DNA of 64,000 nucleotides from an uncultured delta proteobacterium (GTDB lineage Bacteria > Desulfobacterota > Binatia > Binatales > Binataceae), in NCBI GenBank assembly GCA_963842085.1, contig CAWJET010000001.1, forward strand, positions 1,024,001 to 1,088,000. The letters are read 5' to 3'. The translations under genes were made by a program, and so were the position numbers. The notes under the pieces were generated by a model. That model was not told the origin of the DNA and did no database searches. It saw only the letters and a program-made list of their open reading frames with translations. Positions 40,785 through 49,920 of this stretch are shown piece after piece. Each line of letters starts with the position of its first letter. The stretch's first letter is position 1.

Positions 40785-41593
40785 TCAAGATGAAAACCAA
40801 TCGCATGGCGACGCGAGTGAAAGAGAGTCCACCGCTCGACGACCGGGTGCTCGACGCGATGATCGTGCAGACGCGCCCGCGCATCGAGCGCGCGATGAAG
40901 ATCCTGCGGCGGCCGCAGGCGCGGGTCGGCGTGATTCCGTCACCGCTCGGACGCCTGCTGGTGGCGGAGAGCGACCGCGGCCTCGCGGCGATTCACTTTC
41001 TTTTCATAAGTGGCGGCGAGCGCACGCTCGAGATGCTGCGCAAGAAGTTCGACCTGATCGAGAATGAAGCGAGCGCCCGCCGGATCGAGGCGGAAATCGA
41101 CCGCGTGTTCGAGGGCGGCTTCGACGCGACGGTGCAGCCGGTGGATTTGAGCCTGGTCGAAAGCGATTTCCAGCGCCGCGCGTACACCTTGCTGCGAAAG
41201 GTCCCGGCAGGTGCGGTGATCACCTATCATGGGCTGGCGGCGACGGTCGGCCAGCCCAACGCCCAGCGCGCAATCGGCACTACGATGGCGACGAATCCGA
41301 TCCCGATTTTCGTGCCGTGTCATCGCGTGATTCGATCCGACGGAACGATCGGCAATTACGGCGGCGGCGTGGACAACAAGCTCAAGCTGCTGCGCGCGGA
41401 GGGATTCGAAGTCGGGCGCGACCTGCGACTGCCGTCGCGCGCGGTGATGGGCCATCGACAGACCCGAATCTTCTGCCGGCCGGGCTGCTCGGCGGCGCGG
41501 CGCGCGGATCCAACGAAGGCGCTGATCTTCGCGGATGCCACGTGCGCGGAACACGCCGGCCTGAGGGCGTGCAAGTTGTGCAAGCCGGCGTGA
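40781..41593 (+). CDS. O6-methylguanine-DNA methyltransferase with C-terminal Ada Zn-binding domain (start 40781 GTG or 40790 ATG)
   Basis: SPLG.L, FQRR.Y, RAIG, NPIPI.VPCHRV, then TRIFCRPGC...GLRACKLC. Confidence 0.9.
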   Translation: MIKMKTNRMATRVKESPPLDDRVLDAMIVQTRPRIERAMKILRRPQARVGVIPSPLGRLLVAESDRGLAAIHFLFISGGERTLEMLRKKFDLIENEASARRIEAEIDRVFEGGFDATVQPVDLSLVESDFQRRAYTLLRKVPAGAVITYHGLAATVGQPNAQRAIGTTMATNPIPIFVPCHRVIRSDGTIGNYGGGVDNKLKLLRAEGFEVGRDLRLPSRAVMGHRQTRIFCRPGCSAARRADPTKALIFADATCAEHAGLRACKLCKPA

Positions 41594-41615
41594 ATCTCCG
41601 TCCGGCTGAGAAACT

Positions 41616-41652
41616 AAAAGAGCGGCGCCGGATGCGACGCCGCTCTTCTTTT
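41616..41652. terminator. Bidirectional intrinsic terminator
   Basis: AAAAGAGCGGCG...CGCCGCTCTTCTTTT between convergent genes. Confidence 0.75.
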
Positions 41653-41672
41653 CGTCAGGCCGCGCGGTCAGC

Positions 41673-42020
41673 TTACTCGGTTTCCGACTGCGACTTGAGC
41701 TGCTGGATCTGCTCGCGTTGATTCTCGATTTCCTGCTGTTGCTGCTGCACTTGCGCCTGGGTCTGTGCGTTGGCGTTTTCCTGATTCTGCATCGAATTGC
41801 CGACTACGTAGCCGGTGCCACCGCCCAGCACACCGCCGATCGCTGCGCCCGCGAGCGGATGACCTACCGCGGCGCCCACGATTGCCCCTGTACCAGCACC
41901 CAGCGCCGTGCCACCGAGGGTGCCCTCTTCACGAGTCGAAAGCGGCTGCCCCGTGCATCCAGCAAGAACGAGTGCCCCCGCCAGCGCCAAACTCACTATT
42001 GCCGTTAAACCTTTGCGCAT
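41673..42020 (-). CDS. Glycine-zipper lipoprotein, paralog 3
   Basis: LAG-C, PLSTREEGT, GxxxG repeats, Gln-rich coil ending ETE. Confidence 0.85.
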   Translation of the reverse strand: MRKGLTAIVSLALAGALVLAGCTGQPLSTREEGTLGGTALGAGTGAIVGAAVGHPLAGAAIGGVLGGGTGYVVGNSMQNQENANAQTQAQVQQQQQEIENQREQIQQLKSQSETE

Positions 42021-42061
42021 AATGAGAACCTCCATCTTCCAATGAGTATACGTCAGCGCAG

Positions 42062-42409
42062 CTATTCGGTTTCCTCCTGCCCCTTCAATTGCTGAATCTG
42101 CTGACGCTGTTCCTCCAATTGTTGTTGCTGCTGCTGGATCTGCGCCTGGGTCTGCTGATTGGCATTGTCCTGGTTCTGCATCGCATTGCCGACCGCGAAC
42201 CCGCCCACTCCTCCTATAGCCGCGCCGATAGCAGCGCCCGCACCTGGCGCGCCGACGGCAGCGCCTATGATCGCGCCGGTGGCCGCGCCAATCGCGGTAC
42301 CGCCGATAGTGCCCTTCTCACGCGTGGAAAGCGGGTCCCCGGAGCATCCTGCAATCAGGAAGAGCGCGGCGAGCGCGAATACACCCGTGACGATAGCGCG
42401 TTTGCGCAT
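42062..42409 (-). CDS. Glycine-zipper lipoprotein, paralog 2
   Basis: IAG-C, PLSTREKGT, GAIIGAAVGAPGAGAAIG, Gln-rich coil ending ETE. Confidence 0.85.
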   Translation of the reverse strand: MRKRAIVTGVFALAALFLIAGCSGDPLSTREKGTIGGTAIGAATGAIIGAAVGAPGAGAAIGAAIGGVGGFAVGNAMQNQDNANQQTQAQIQQQQQQLEEQRQQIQQLKGQEETE

Positions 42410-42425
42410 GATCCTTCTTCGCCTG

Positions 42426-42779
42426 CTATTCGGTTTCCTGCTGATTCTTCAACTGTTGAATCTGTTGTTGCTGATTTTCGATCTGCCTTTGCTGGGAACT
42501 GATCTGCGCCTGAGTCTGTGCGTTGGCGTTTTCCTGATTCTGCATCTCGTTGCCAACCGCGAATCCTCCCAACGCGCCGATACCACCGCCGATTGCCGCG
42601 CCCGCGCCCGGTGCGCCGACCGCGGCGCCTATGATCGCGCCGGTGGCGGCCCCGATTCCGGTTCCGATGAACGTGCCCTTCTCACGTGTCGAGAGCGGCT
42701 CTCCCGAGCATCCCACCACCGCCACGAGAGCAATCGCCACGAGCAGACCCTTGATTATCGATGCAGCATTCGTCCGCAC
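42426..42779 (-). CDS. Glycine-zipper lipoprotein, paralog 1
   Basis: AGGAGG RBS, VVG-C, PLSTREKGT, same zipper and Gln-rich coil ending ETE. Confidence 0.85.
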   Translation of the reverse strand: MRTNAASIIKGLLVAIALVAVVGCSGEPLSTREKGTFIGTGIGAATGAIIGAAVGAPGAGAAIGGGIGALGGFAVGNEMQNQENANAQTQAQISSQQRQIENQQQQIQQLKNQQETE

Positions 42780-43007
42780 GAGACTTCCTCCTTAGAAGAG
42801 AGCAGTTTTCATGCCTGCCACCGGCCATACCAATTCCCAGCCAAGCGCAGGCAAGTTGGTTGAATTACCGTTAGTTTTCTATCTTCTTCGCGGGCGATCA
42901 ACCATTTGCGACTTGAACATAGCATGGAATTCTTACCGAGTCTGAAATTCGTGCGCACTCATAAACGAATATTCATCTTTTCCAGCATACCGTCGCGATT
43001 CCGAAAA

Positions 43008-43064
43008 ATAATAGGCAAGAGAACGCCGGATTGGAATGCGGGGGGCAGCCCGTCGCTCTTGCCG
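43008..43064 (-). promoter_or_regulatory. Promoter-like module, copy 1 (TTCCAA-17-TATTAT)
   Basis: 43011-43064 matches 46683-46736 at 42/54 without gaps. Confidence 0.55.
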
Positions 43065-43142
43065 CAAAAAGACCGGACCTGGTCGGACAGGGTCGGCGAT
43101 GGCCTTGACTATAATCCGAAATACTTCGATAGTTATAAAGAT

Positions 43143-43502
43143 ATGAAAAAGACCAGGGCACTGGCGGCGCTCGCCGCGTTGGCGCAGGAATCGAGGCTCG
43201 ACGTGTTCCGGATGCTGGTGCAGAGCGGGCCGGACGGGTCGCCGGCCGGGGAAATCGGCGCGCATCTCGGCGTTCCGTCGTCGACGCTCTCGTTCCATCT
43301 GAATCACCTGAAGAACGCAGGCCTGGTGACCTGCCGGCGCGACAGCCGCTCGATCATTTACAGCGCGGACTACAAGGCGATGAACGATTTGATTTCCTAC
43401 CTGACGGAAAACTGTTGCCGGGGCGATGCGGAACAGTGCGCGCCCGCAGTCTGCAAGCCAGCGCGAGAAACGAACGTCAAACAACGGCTGCGCACCGCAT
43501 GA
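43143..43502 (+). CDS. arsR: ArsR-family repressor (C-terminal CC type)
   Basis: LAQESRL.VFR.LV, STLSFHL..L, LTENCC. Confidence 0.9.
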   Translation: MKKTRALAALAALAQESRLDVFRMLVQSGPDGSPAGEIGAHLGVPSSTLSFHLNHLKNAGLVTCRRDSRSIIYSADYKAMNDLISYLTENCCRGDAEQCAPAVCKPARETNVKQRLRTA

Positions 43503-43514
43503 GCGCTTGAATCG

Positions 43515-44027
43515 ATGGCAACTCGGGAATTCAACGTCCTGTTTCTTTGCACCGGTAACTCGGCGCGCAGCATCATGGCGGAATGCGCGATGAATCGATG
43601 GGGCAAAGGCAAGTTCAAGGCATTCAGCGCGGGCAGCCATCCCACGGGAGTCGTTCATCCAATGACGATTCAACTGCTCAATGAGCTGAACTACGAAACG
43701 CGCGCGTTGCGCAGCAAGAGCTGGGACGAATTCGCGCGGGCGGACAGCCCGCCGCTGGATTTCGCTTTCACGGTCTGCGACAAAGTCGCGGGCGAGATGT
43801 GTCCGGTGTGGCCGGGACAGCCAATCACGGCGCACTGGGGCGCCGCCGATCCCGCGGCCTTCGCCGGCACCGAAGAAGCCAGACGGCGCTTCTTTTTGAA
43901 AATCTACAGCGAGCTCGAGAACCGCATAAAAATTTTCACCAGCCTTCCCTTCGACTCGCTCGACCGCTTCGCACTCGAGCGCCGGGTCAGGGAGATCGGA
44001 ACCGTCAAGCTGCCGGAAGACAAATGA
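43515..44027 (+). CDS. arsC: Arsenate reductase, LMW-PTPase fold
   Basis: [23 protein letters not shown]. Confidence 0.92.
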   Translation: MATREFNVLFLCTGNSARSIMAECAMNRWGKGKFKAFSAGSHPTGVVHPMTIQLLNELNYETRALRSKSWDEFARADSPPLDFAFTVCDKVAGEMCPVWPGQPITAHWGAADPAAFAGTEEARRRFFLKIYSELENRIKIFTSLPFDSLDRFALERRVREIGTVKLPEDK

Positions 44028-45115
44028 CTCCGGTCCTTCGCCGACTCTCGTTTCTCGACCGCTACCTGACGCTCTGGATTTTCCTGGCGATGGCGGCCGG
44101 GATCGCGTTGGGAGCGGCAGCGCCGGGCGTCAGGATGGTCTTCGATCGCTTGAGTGTGGGCACGACCTCGATCCCAATCGCGCTCGGACTCATCCTGATG
44201 ATGTACCCGCCGCTGGCGAAGGTGAATTACGACGAGCTTGGCGACGTCTTTCGCGATTGGAAAATCCTCTGCCTCTCGCTGGTCCAGAACTGGATCATCG
44301 GTCCGATCCTGATGTTCGCGCTGGCGGTGATATTCCTGCGCGGTCGTCCCGAGTATATGACCGGCCTGATCATCATCGGCCTGGCGCGATGTATCGCGAT
44401 GGTAATCGTGTGGAACGATCTGGCCGACGGAGACAGCGAGTATTGTGCCGGACTGGTTGCATTCAATTCGATCTTCCAGGTGCTGTTCTTTTCGCTCTAT
44501 GCGTTCGTATTCGTGACGGTTGTTCCCCGGTGGCTCGGATTGGGCGGCGCGGTCGTTGAGGTCACCATCGGCAAGATCGCGGAGAGCGTCGGCATCTATC
44601 TGGGCGTGCCGTTCGTCGCGGGCTTTGCGACCTGGAAGATCCTTACCGCGCGCAAGGGCAAGGCCTGGTATCGCGAGCATTTCGTTCCGAAGATCAGTCC
44701 GCTCACTCTCATCTTTCTTCTTTTCACCATAGTCGTCATGTTTTCGATCAAGGGCGCGAACATCGTGCATCTGCCGCTCGACGTGGTGCGCATCGCGATT
44801 CCGCTGCTGCTCTACTTCACGATCATGTTCACGCTTTCCTTCGTCCTGAGCCGCGCCGTCGGCGCAACCTATCCGCAGACGGCGACACTGTCTTTCACCG
44901 CGGCGTCCAACAATTTCGAGCTGGCGATCGCGGTTACGGTCGCGACTTTCGGCATCGACAGCGGGGCCGCATTCGCCGCCGTGATCGGTCCGTTGATCGA
45001 AGTCCCGGTGATGATCGGACTGGTCGATGTCGCCCGCTGGGCTCGGCGCATTTATTTTCCGATGTCGCCCGCCGCCATGGATTTGACCGATCGGCGCAAG
45101 GTCAAGAGAGCTTAG
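44024..45115 (+). CDS. acr3: ACR3 arsenite efflux transporter
   Basis: [37 protein letters not shown]. Confidence 0.95.
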   Translation: MTPVLRRLSFLDRYLTLWIFLAMAAGIALGAAAPGVRMVFDRLSVGTTSIPIALGLILMMYPPLAKVNYDELGDVFRDWKILCLSLVQNWIIGPILMFALAVIFLRGRPEYMTGLIIIGLARCIAMVIVWNDLADGDSEYCAGLVAFNSIFQVLFFSLYAFVFVTVVPRWLGLGGAVVEVTIGKIAESVGIYLGVPFVAGFATWKILTARKGKAWYREHFVPKISPLTLIFLLFTIVVMFSIKGANIVHLPLDVVRIAIPLLLYFTIMFTLSFVLSRAVGATYPQTATLSFTAASNNFELAIAVTVATFGIDSGAAFAAVIGPLIEVPVMIGLVDVARWARRIYFPMSPAAMDLTDRRKVKRA

Positions 45116-45278
45116 CTATCTCGAAACGGCGTCGTACTGGTTCGAGCTAAGCCGAGGGACGTCGGATCTTGCCTCCCGCTCTAGCAAGGCGAGCCTGGTA
45201 TCCGAGATGTTTCGAGCACTATCTTTGTCGCAGCCTTCATCCAAAGTGTTGCGGGAGCGAGCGCTGCCGATTCCGGCC

Positions 45279-46598
45279 TTACTGAACAAGGAACAAGTGC
45301 CATTCGTCCGGAACACCCTTGAGGCCATGCATGCCCCGGTCGGCAAATCGGAGCCCGGAGCCTGCGACCAGATCCTTGACTGTGCTGGATACGAGCACCT
45401 CGTCTGGTTCCGCGGTCGCGGCGACGCGCGCCGCAATATGCACCGCGATACCGCCGATATCGTCGCCGATCAACTCGCACTCGCCGGTATGGAGCCCGGT
45501 GCGGACCTCCAGTGCCAGCGGACGCAGTTTCTCGCGCACCGCGCAGGCGCATCGTATTGCCCGGTTAGGTCCGTCGAACGTGGCGAGCAGGCCGTCGCCT
45601 GCCGTGTTCACCTCGCGGCCACGGAACGCGTTCAGCTCTTTTCGCACTACCGCGTAGTAGTCATTGAGCAGCTCGCGCCATCTCAAGTCGCCCATCTCGG
45701 CGGCGCGCTCGGTGGAGCGCACTATATCGGTGAACATCACGGTGGCGAGTACCCGGTCCGGGTCCGCACGATGGCGCACGCCGGTAGTGAATTCTTCGAT
45801 CTCGCCGAGAAGACGGTCCAGCAAATCAGGAGGGAGAGCCTGGAGCAGATGATCCTCACCGGGAAGCTCGACATACTTCGCCCCGGGGATCTTCTGAGCC
45901 ATGTCGTGTCCGCATGCGACCGGGATCGTTGAATCGTCCTTGCGATGGAGGATCAGGGTCGGCACCCGGATCGAGGGCAGCAGATGGCGGGCATCATTCT
46001 CGTAGTCGGCTCGGAACAACGCTTGAATACCCCCGGGACTCGATGCGGCGCGCTCGAGCCGGCCAAACGACTGGACGAAGGCCTTATCATTGCGCATGCT
46101 CGGCGCATTGATGGGAACGAGCATTCCTTCGCCCCAGTGCGTCTCCACTGCGGCCATGAATCGATCGAATCGATCCTGGCTCAGGCAATATGGTTCGGCT
46201 TTCATCGAAGCAAAGGTGCCAAACAGCACCAGAGCCGAGGTTCGCTCGGGGTAGGTGGCGGCGAAGAACAATGACATCGGGCCGCCTTCCGACCAGCCAA
46301 AGACGGTCGCGCGCTTCGAGCCGGCCGCATCCAACACCGCCCGCACGTCGCCGATTCGCTCTTCGAGACTTTGCTCGGCGACCCGATCGGAGAGCCCCTG
46401 GCCGCGCTTGTCGAATACGATTACCCGTGCGAAGGAGGTGAGTCTTTTCAGTATGTATTCGTTGACCGGCAGTTCCCAGTAGAGTTCCACGTGCGAAAGC
46501 GTTCCCGGCACCAGCAAGATGTCGTGCGGGCCGTCGCCGAAAACGCGGTAAGCGATATGAACCGCGCCGCTCTTGGCGTACCTGGTTTGAGCTTCCAT
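45279..46598 (-). CDS. Alpha/beta-hydrolase plus class III adenylate/guanylate cyclase (LipJ-like)
   Basis: DKRGQGLSD, GWSEGG, FTDIVRST, AGDG, GLHTGE, AVHIAAR. Confidence 0.9.
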   Translation of the reverse strand: MEAQTRYAKSGAVHIAYRVFGDGPHDILLVPGTLSHVELYWELPVNEYILKRLTSFARVIVFDKRGQGLSDRVAEQSLEERIGDVRAVLDAAGSKRATVFGWSEGGPMSLFFAATYPERTSALVLFGTFASMKAEPYCLSQDRFDRFMAAVETHWGEGMLVPINAPSMRNDKAFVQSFGRLERAASSPGGIQALFRADYENDARHLLPSIRVPTLILHRKDDSTIPVACGHDMAQKIPGAKYVELPGEDHLLQALPPDLLDRLLGEIEEFTTGVRHRADPDRVLATVMFTDIVRSTERAAEMGDLRWRELLNDYYAVVRKELNAFRGREVNTAGDGLLATFDGPNRAIRCACAVREKLRPLALEVRTGLHTGECELIGDDIGGIAVHIAARVAATAEPDEVLVSSTVKDLVAGSGLRFADRGMHGLKGVPDEWHLFLVQ

Positions 46599-46679
46599 GG
46601 CTTCCCCTGCTTTCGGGCTTCCGGCCCGGGGAGATGCTTGATGCTTGAAGCCCTGCATCCTTTGGCAGGATGCGGAAAG

Positions 46680-46736
46680 ATCATAGGAAAGATAGCGCCG
46701 TATTGGAATGCAGGGGCCAGCGCCTGCACCTTGCCG
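46680..46736 (-). promoter_or_regulatory. Promoter-like module, copy 2 (TTCCAA-17-TATGAT), upstream of the cyclase
   Basis: Homologous to 43011-43064; about 80 nt upstream of ATG 46598. Confidence 0.6.
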
Positions 46737-46781
46737 GGGAAAAGATGGAGCAGGGTTGGCGCGATCCGCGATTTCGTCTGC

Positions 46782-48548
46782 CTACCATCCGATCACTTGG
46801 GCGGGCATTACGGGGGCGGCTTGGCCGCGGGGGTCGGCGCCGCCCGACAGCACGCCCGTCTTCGTGTCGATTTGAACGCCGAGCACGTGACCCTCTGACC
46901 ACGGCGGACGGACTTCGATCTGGTGACCGCGCGCGGCGAGTGCGTCGCGCACGTTGGCGGGGACGCGATCCTCGATGCGCAACACTCCGGGGTGATTATC
47001 GTGCGGATAGAACGTCGAGCGGAAATGCGGCGTCGAGAACTTGGGCGCCTCGATCGCGGCCTGCAGGTCCATCCCGAAATCGACCACGTTCAGAAAGTAT
47101 TGCAGCGTCCATTGATCCTGCTGATCGCCGCCGGGCGTGCCGAATGCGAGCCACGGCTCGCCCTTCACCGTCGCGAGCGACGGCGACAGCGTCGTGCGTG
47201 GGCGCTTGCCTGGCTTGAGCGCATTGGGATGGCGCTCGTCGAGATAAAAGGTCTGCATCCGCGTGCCGAGGGGAAAGCCAAGTGCGTCGATCACCGGCGA
47301 GCTGGGAATCCATCCGCCGCTCGCCGTGACGGCGATCATGTTGCCGGCGCGGTCGGCCGCCGTGACGTGAATCGTGCCCGCGCCCCATGGACGCGCGCCG
47401 GCTGCGGGACCGTCGCGCAACGCACGCATCCCGATCGGATCGCCGGGCCGCTGATCCGTCGAGGAACGGCCGGAATCGATAAGCTCACGGCGAATCACCG
47501 CGTAGCGATCGCTGAGCAACGCGGTGAGAGGAACGTCGCTAAACTCCGGGTCTCCGTAGTACGCCTCCCGATCGGCGAACGAGAGCTTGGCGGACTCGAT
47601 GACGGTATGGATGTAGTCGGCGGAATTGTGGCCCATCGTGGCCAGGTCGAAGCCTTCGAGCAACTTGAGCTGCTGCAGAAAGACCGGGCCTTGCGACCAT
47701 GGCCCGCACTTGAAAACCGTGACGCCGCGGTAGTCGGCGCTCGCGGGCGCTTCGATCCGCGTTGTGAAGCGCTCGAGGTCGGGCGCGGCGAGAAGACCGC
47801 CGTTGGTGTCGGACCACGCGACGATCTCGCGCGCGATGTCGCCGCGATAGAAGCGCTCGCGCGCCGCGTCGAGGCCGGCCTCGCGCCCGCGATTTTTCGC
47901 GGATGACTCGGCGTCGAGCACGCGCTTGAAAAAATTGGCGAGCGCGGGATTCTTGAGCACGCTTCCGGGCCGCGGCACTTTGCCGTCGGGGAGATATACG
48001 CGCGCCGAAGACGGCCACTTGGTGAGGAACCGCTTGGCGTTGCTGCGGAGCGACGCGCCCGCCCCTCCCCACGCCTCATCGGTAAGATTGGGATCGCCAG
48101 ACAATCCCACGTGCATCGGGAAGCCGTCGCCCGCAAGCTCGAGCGCCGGCTCTAGAACGTCGGCCAGGGACCTGGTCCCGAAATCCCGGAGCGCAGTCAC
48201 CAGTGCGTCGAACGCCGCGGGCACGCCGGCGGCAAGCAGTCCGGCGCCGGGTATCAACTCGAGACCCAGCAAGCGGTAGTGGGCAATCGTCGCGCGCTCG
48301 GGCGCCATCATATTGCCGTTGATGGCAACAACGCGGCGGGCAGATGCCGAGTAGATCAGCATGGGCGCTTCGCCGCCGATCGTATGCATATGCGGGTTGA
48401 CGACGCCCTCGACAAATGTTGCAGCGATGCCAGCGTCGATAGCATTTCCGCCACCCGCGAAGATTCGCGCACCGGCAGCGGCAGATAGATAGTGCTCCGT
48501 CGCGAGCATCGCGCGACGGCCCATTATAAGTGGATAGATTGTAGGCAT
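46782..48548 (-). CDS. Gamma-glutamyltransferase family protein
   Basis: GGNAIDA, IGG, GTIH..AAD..GN nucleophile Thr, PGKRP.TTLSP, GTPGG, ADPR. Confidence 0.92.
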   Translation of the reverse strand: MPTIYPLIMGRRAMLATEHYLSAAAGARIFAGGGNAIDAGIAATFVEGVVNPHMHTIGGEAPMLIYSASARRVVAINGNMMAPERATIAHYRLLGLELIPGAGLLAAGVPAAFDALVTALRDFGTRSLADVLEPALELAGDGFPMHVGLSGDPNLTDEAWGGAGASLRSNAKRFLTKWPSSARVYLPDGKVPRPGSVLKNPALANFFKRVLDAESSAKNRGREAGLDAARERFYRGDIAREIVAWSDTNGGLLAAPDLERFTTRIEAPASADYRGVTVFKCGPWSQGPVFLQQLKLLEGFDLATMGHNSADYIHTVIESAKLSFADREAYYGDPEFSDVPLTALLSDRYAVIRRELIDSGRSSTDQRPGDPIGMRALRDGPAAGARPWGAGTIHVTAADRAGNMIAVTASGGWIPSSPVIDALGFPLGTRMQTFYLDERHPNALKPGKRPRTTLSPSLATVKGEPWLAFGTPGGDQQDQWTLQYFLNVVDFGMDLQAAIEAPKFSTPHFRSTFYPHDNHPGVLRIEDRVPANVRDALAARGHQIEVRPPWSEGHVLGVQIDTKTGVLSGGADPRGQAAPVMPAQVIGW

Positions 48549-48785
48549 CTGACTAGTTTTCCCGCGCTGTGTTTGTTCCGGAATCGGCTGGAACGCGAAT
48601 TATCGCGATTTGTTTTCGCGATCCTTACTCTGAGTATCACGCTCCGAATCTGGCAAAAAGATGCCTGTATTCGGGCATTGCTCCTTCACGAATCGGCGTC
48701 GCAAAGAGGAGCGGGTCGATGCTCAAATCCCGTCGGGTAATGGGAAATACGTTGATTTGTGCGGTTTTCCACAGCTCTGGATAAT

Positions 48786-48813
48786 TGAAACGTGAACCTC
48801 TCTGAGACGTCTA
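48786..48813 (+). promoter_or_regulatory. Putative ECF-sigma promoter
   Basis: TGAAAC-16 nt-CGTCTA. Confidence 0.45.
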
Positions 48814-48894
48814 AATATTAGGCCCGAAGATTGCTAGTATGAGAAGCAGGATGCGGAAGGCCGGATGAGCGGGAGGATGCGGAGGGGTAGAAAT

Positions 48895-49101
48895 ATGATG
48901 ACTAGCGTAAATACCGAAGGACTGATCGGAAAGCATTGCAAGCTACAGAGACCTGTGCGCGACCACGAGGGCCGCAGCCGTTTCAGCGAACGACCACGGA
49001 TCATCCGTGAGGTAAATAATCTGGACCGGCGGATGTACTTGGTGCAATTCGACGACGGCGCCACCACGTTTCTCTTTCCGGATGAAGTAGTCATCCAGTA
49101 G
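48895..49101 (+). CDS. 68-aa SH3-like hypothetical protein
   Basis: GGAGG RBS; beta-strand pattern ending YLVQFDDG..TFLFPDEV. Confidence 0.7.
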   Translation: MMTSVNTEGLIGKHCKLQRPVRDHEGRSRFSERPRIIREVNNLDRRMYLVQFDDGATTFLFPDEVVIQ

Positions 49102-49287
49102 CAAGTGCATGGCGCATGGCGCCCATGCACCAGCGATGGATGCGCTGATTAGCGAGGCGGGGGCTTATCGAGTATTGACCACACGCCGGGCGGGATCGAG
49201 TCGGGCGCTTCTACTGCTTCGAATCGTACCGCGGGTCGTGACCTTGGGTCTGCATCCTTCGCCAGCAACCCCAACGTGATGGCTTCT

Positions 49288-49821
49288 TCAGCCGCGGCGC
49301 TCCAGTTCGAGAAAGTCGCGGGCACGATAGAGCGCGACGATTGACTTTGCGTCCACGATGTCGCCGCGACCAATCATCGCGAAGGTTTCGTCAAACGGCA
49401 CGCGGCTGACGGTAATCACCTCGTCGTGATCGAGCTTACCCGCTCCCGCCGACAGTCCGCGCGCCAGATACAACTCGATTCGCTCGTCGCAGAAGCTTGG
49501 AATCGTGACGATCGATCCAAGATGGTCCCATCGCGCGGCCGCGACTCGCGCCTCTTCGCCTAGTTCGCGATGTGCGCATGCCAGCGAATCCTCGCCGGCG
49601 TTGCGGCATCCCGCGGGAATCTCCCACATCCAGCCGCCCATCGTGTGGCGATACTGGCGCAGCATCGCGACGGTCATGTCCGGGTACAGCGCGACGATCG
49701 CACTCGCTCCGGGATGACGGATGACGGCGAGATCGACCTGTACGCCTCCGGGCAGCGTCGCGGTCTCGACGCCGAAATCAACGACTCCCAATTTGAGGAC
49801 TGGACGACGATTTGAAGACAT
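49288..49821 (-). CDS. NUDIX hydrolase, ADP-ribose pyrophosphatase-like
   Basis: HPGA, RQYRH, EIPAG...GED...CAHRELGEEA, DAKS. Confidence 0.88.
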   Translation of the reverse strand: MSSNRRPVLKLGVVDFGVETATLPGGVQVDLAVIRHPGASAIVALYPDMTVAMLRQYRHTMGGWMWEIPAGCRNAGEDSLACAHRELGEEARVAAARWDHLGSIVTIPSFCDERIELYLARGLSAGAGKLDHDEVITVSRVPFDETFAMIGRGDIVDAKSIVALYRARDFLELERRG

Positions 49822-49920
49822 TGTGAATCAAGAATGTGCGCGCGGCGTGAGCCGCGCAAGCGCCAATTGCAGACGATGCGTGAACGGGAGATTATCGGGT
49901 CAGCGCGAAGGCGATTTGAT

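Noticed and set aside
48549-48860. Replication origin
   Set aside because: Only two DnaA-like boxes, no clear unwinding element, no dnaA/dnaN/gidA nearby.
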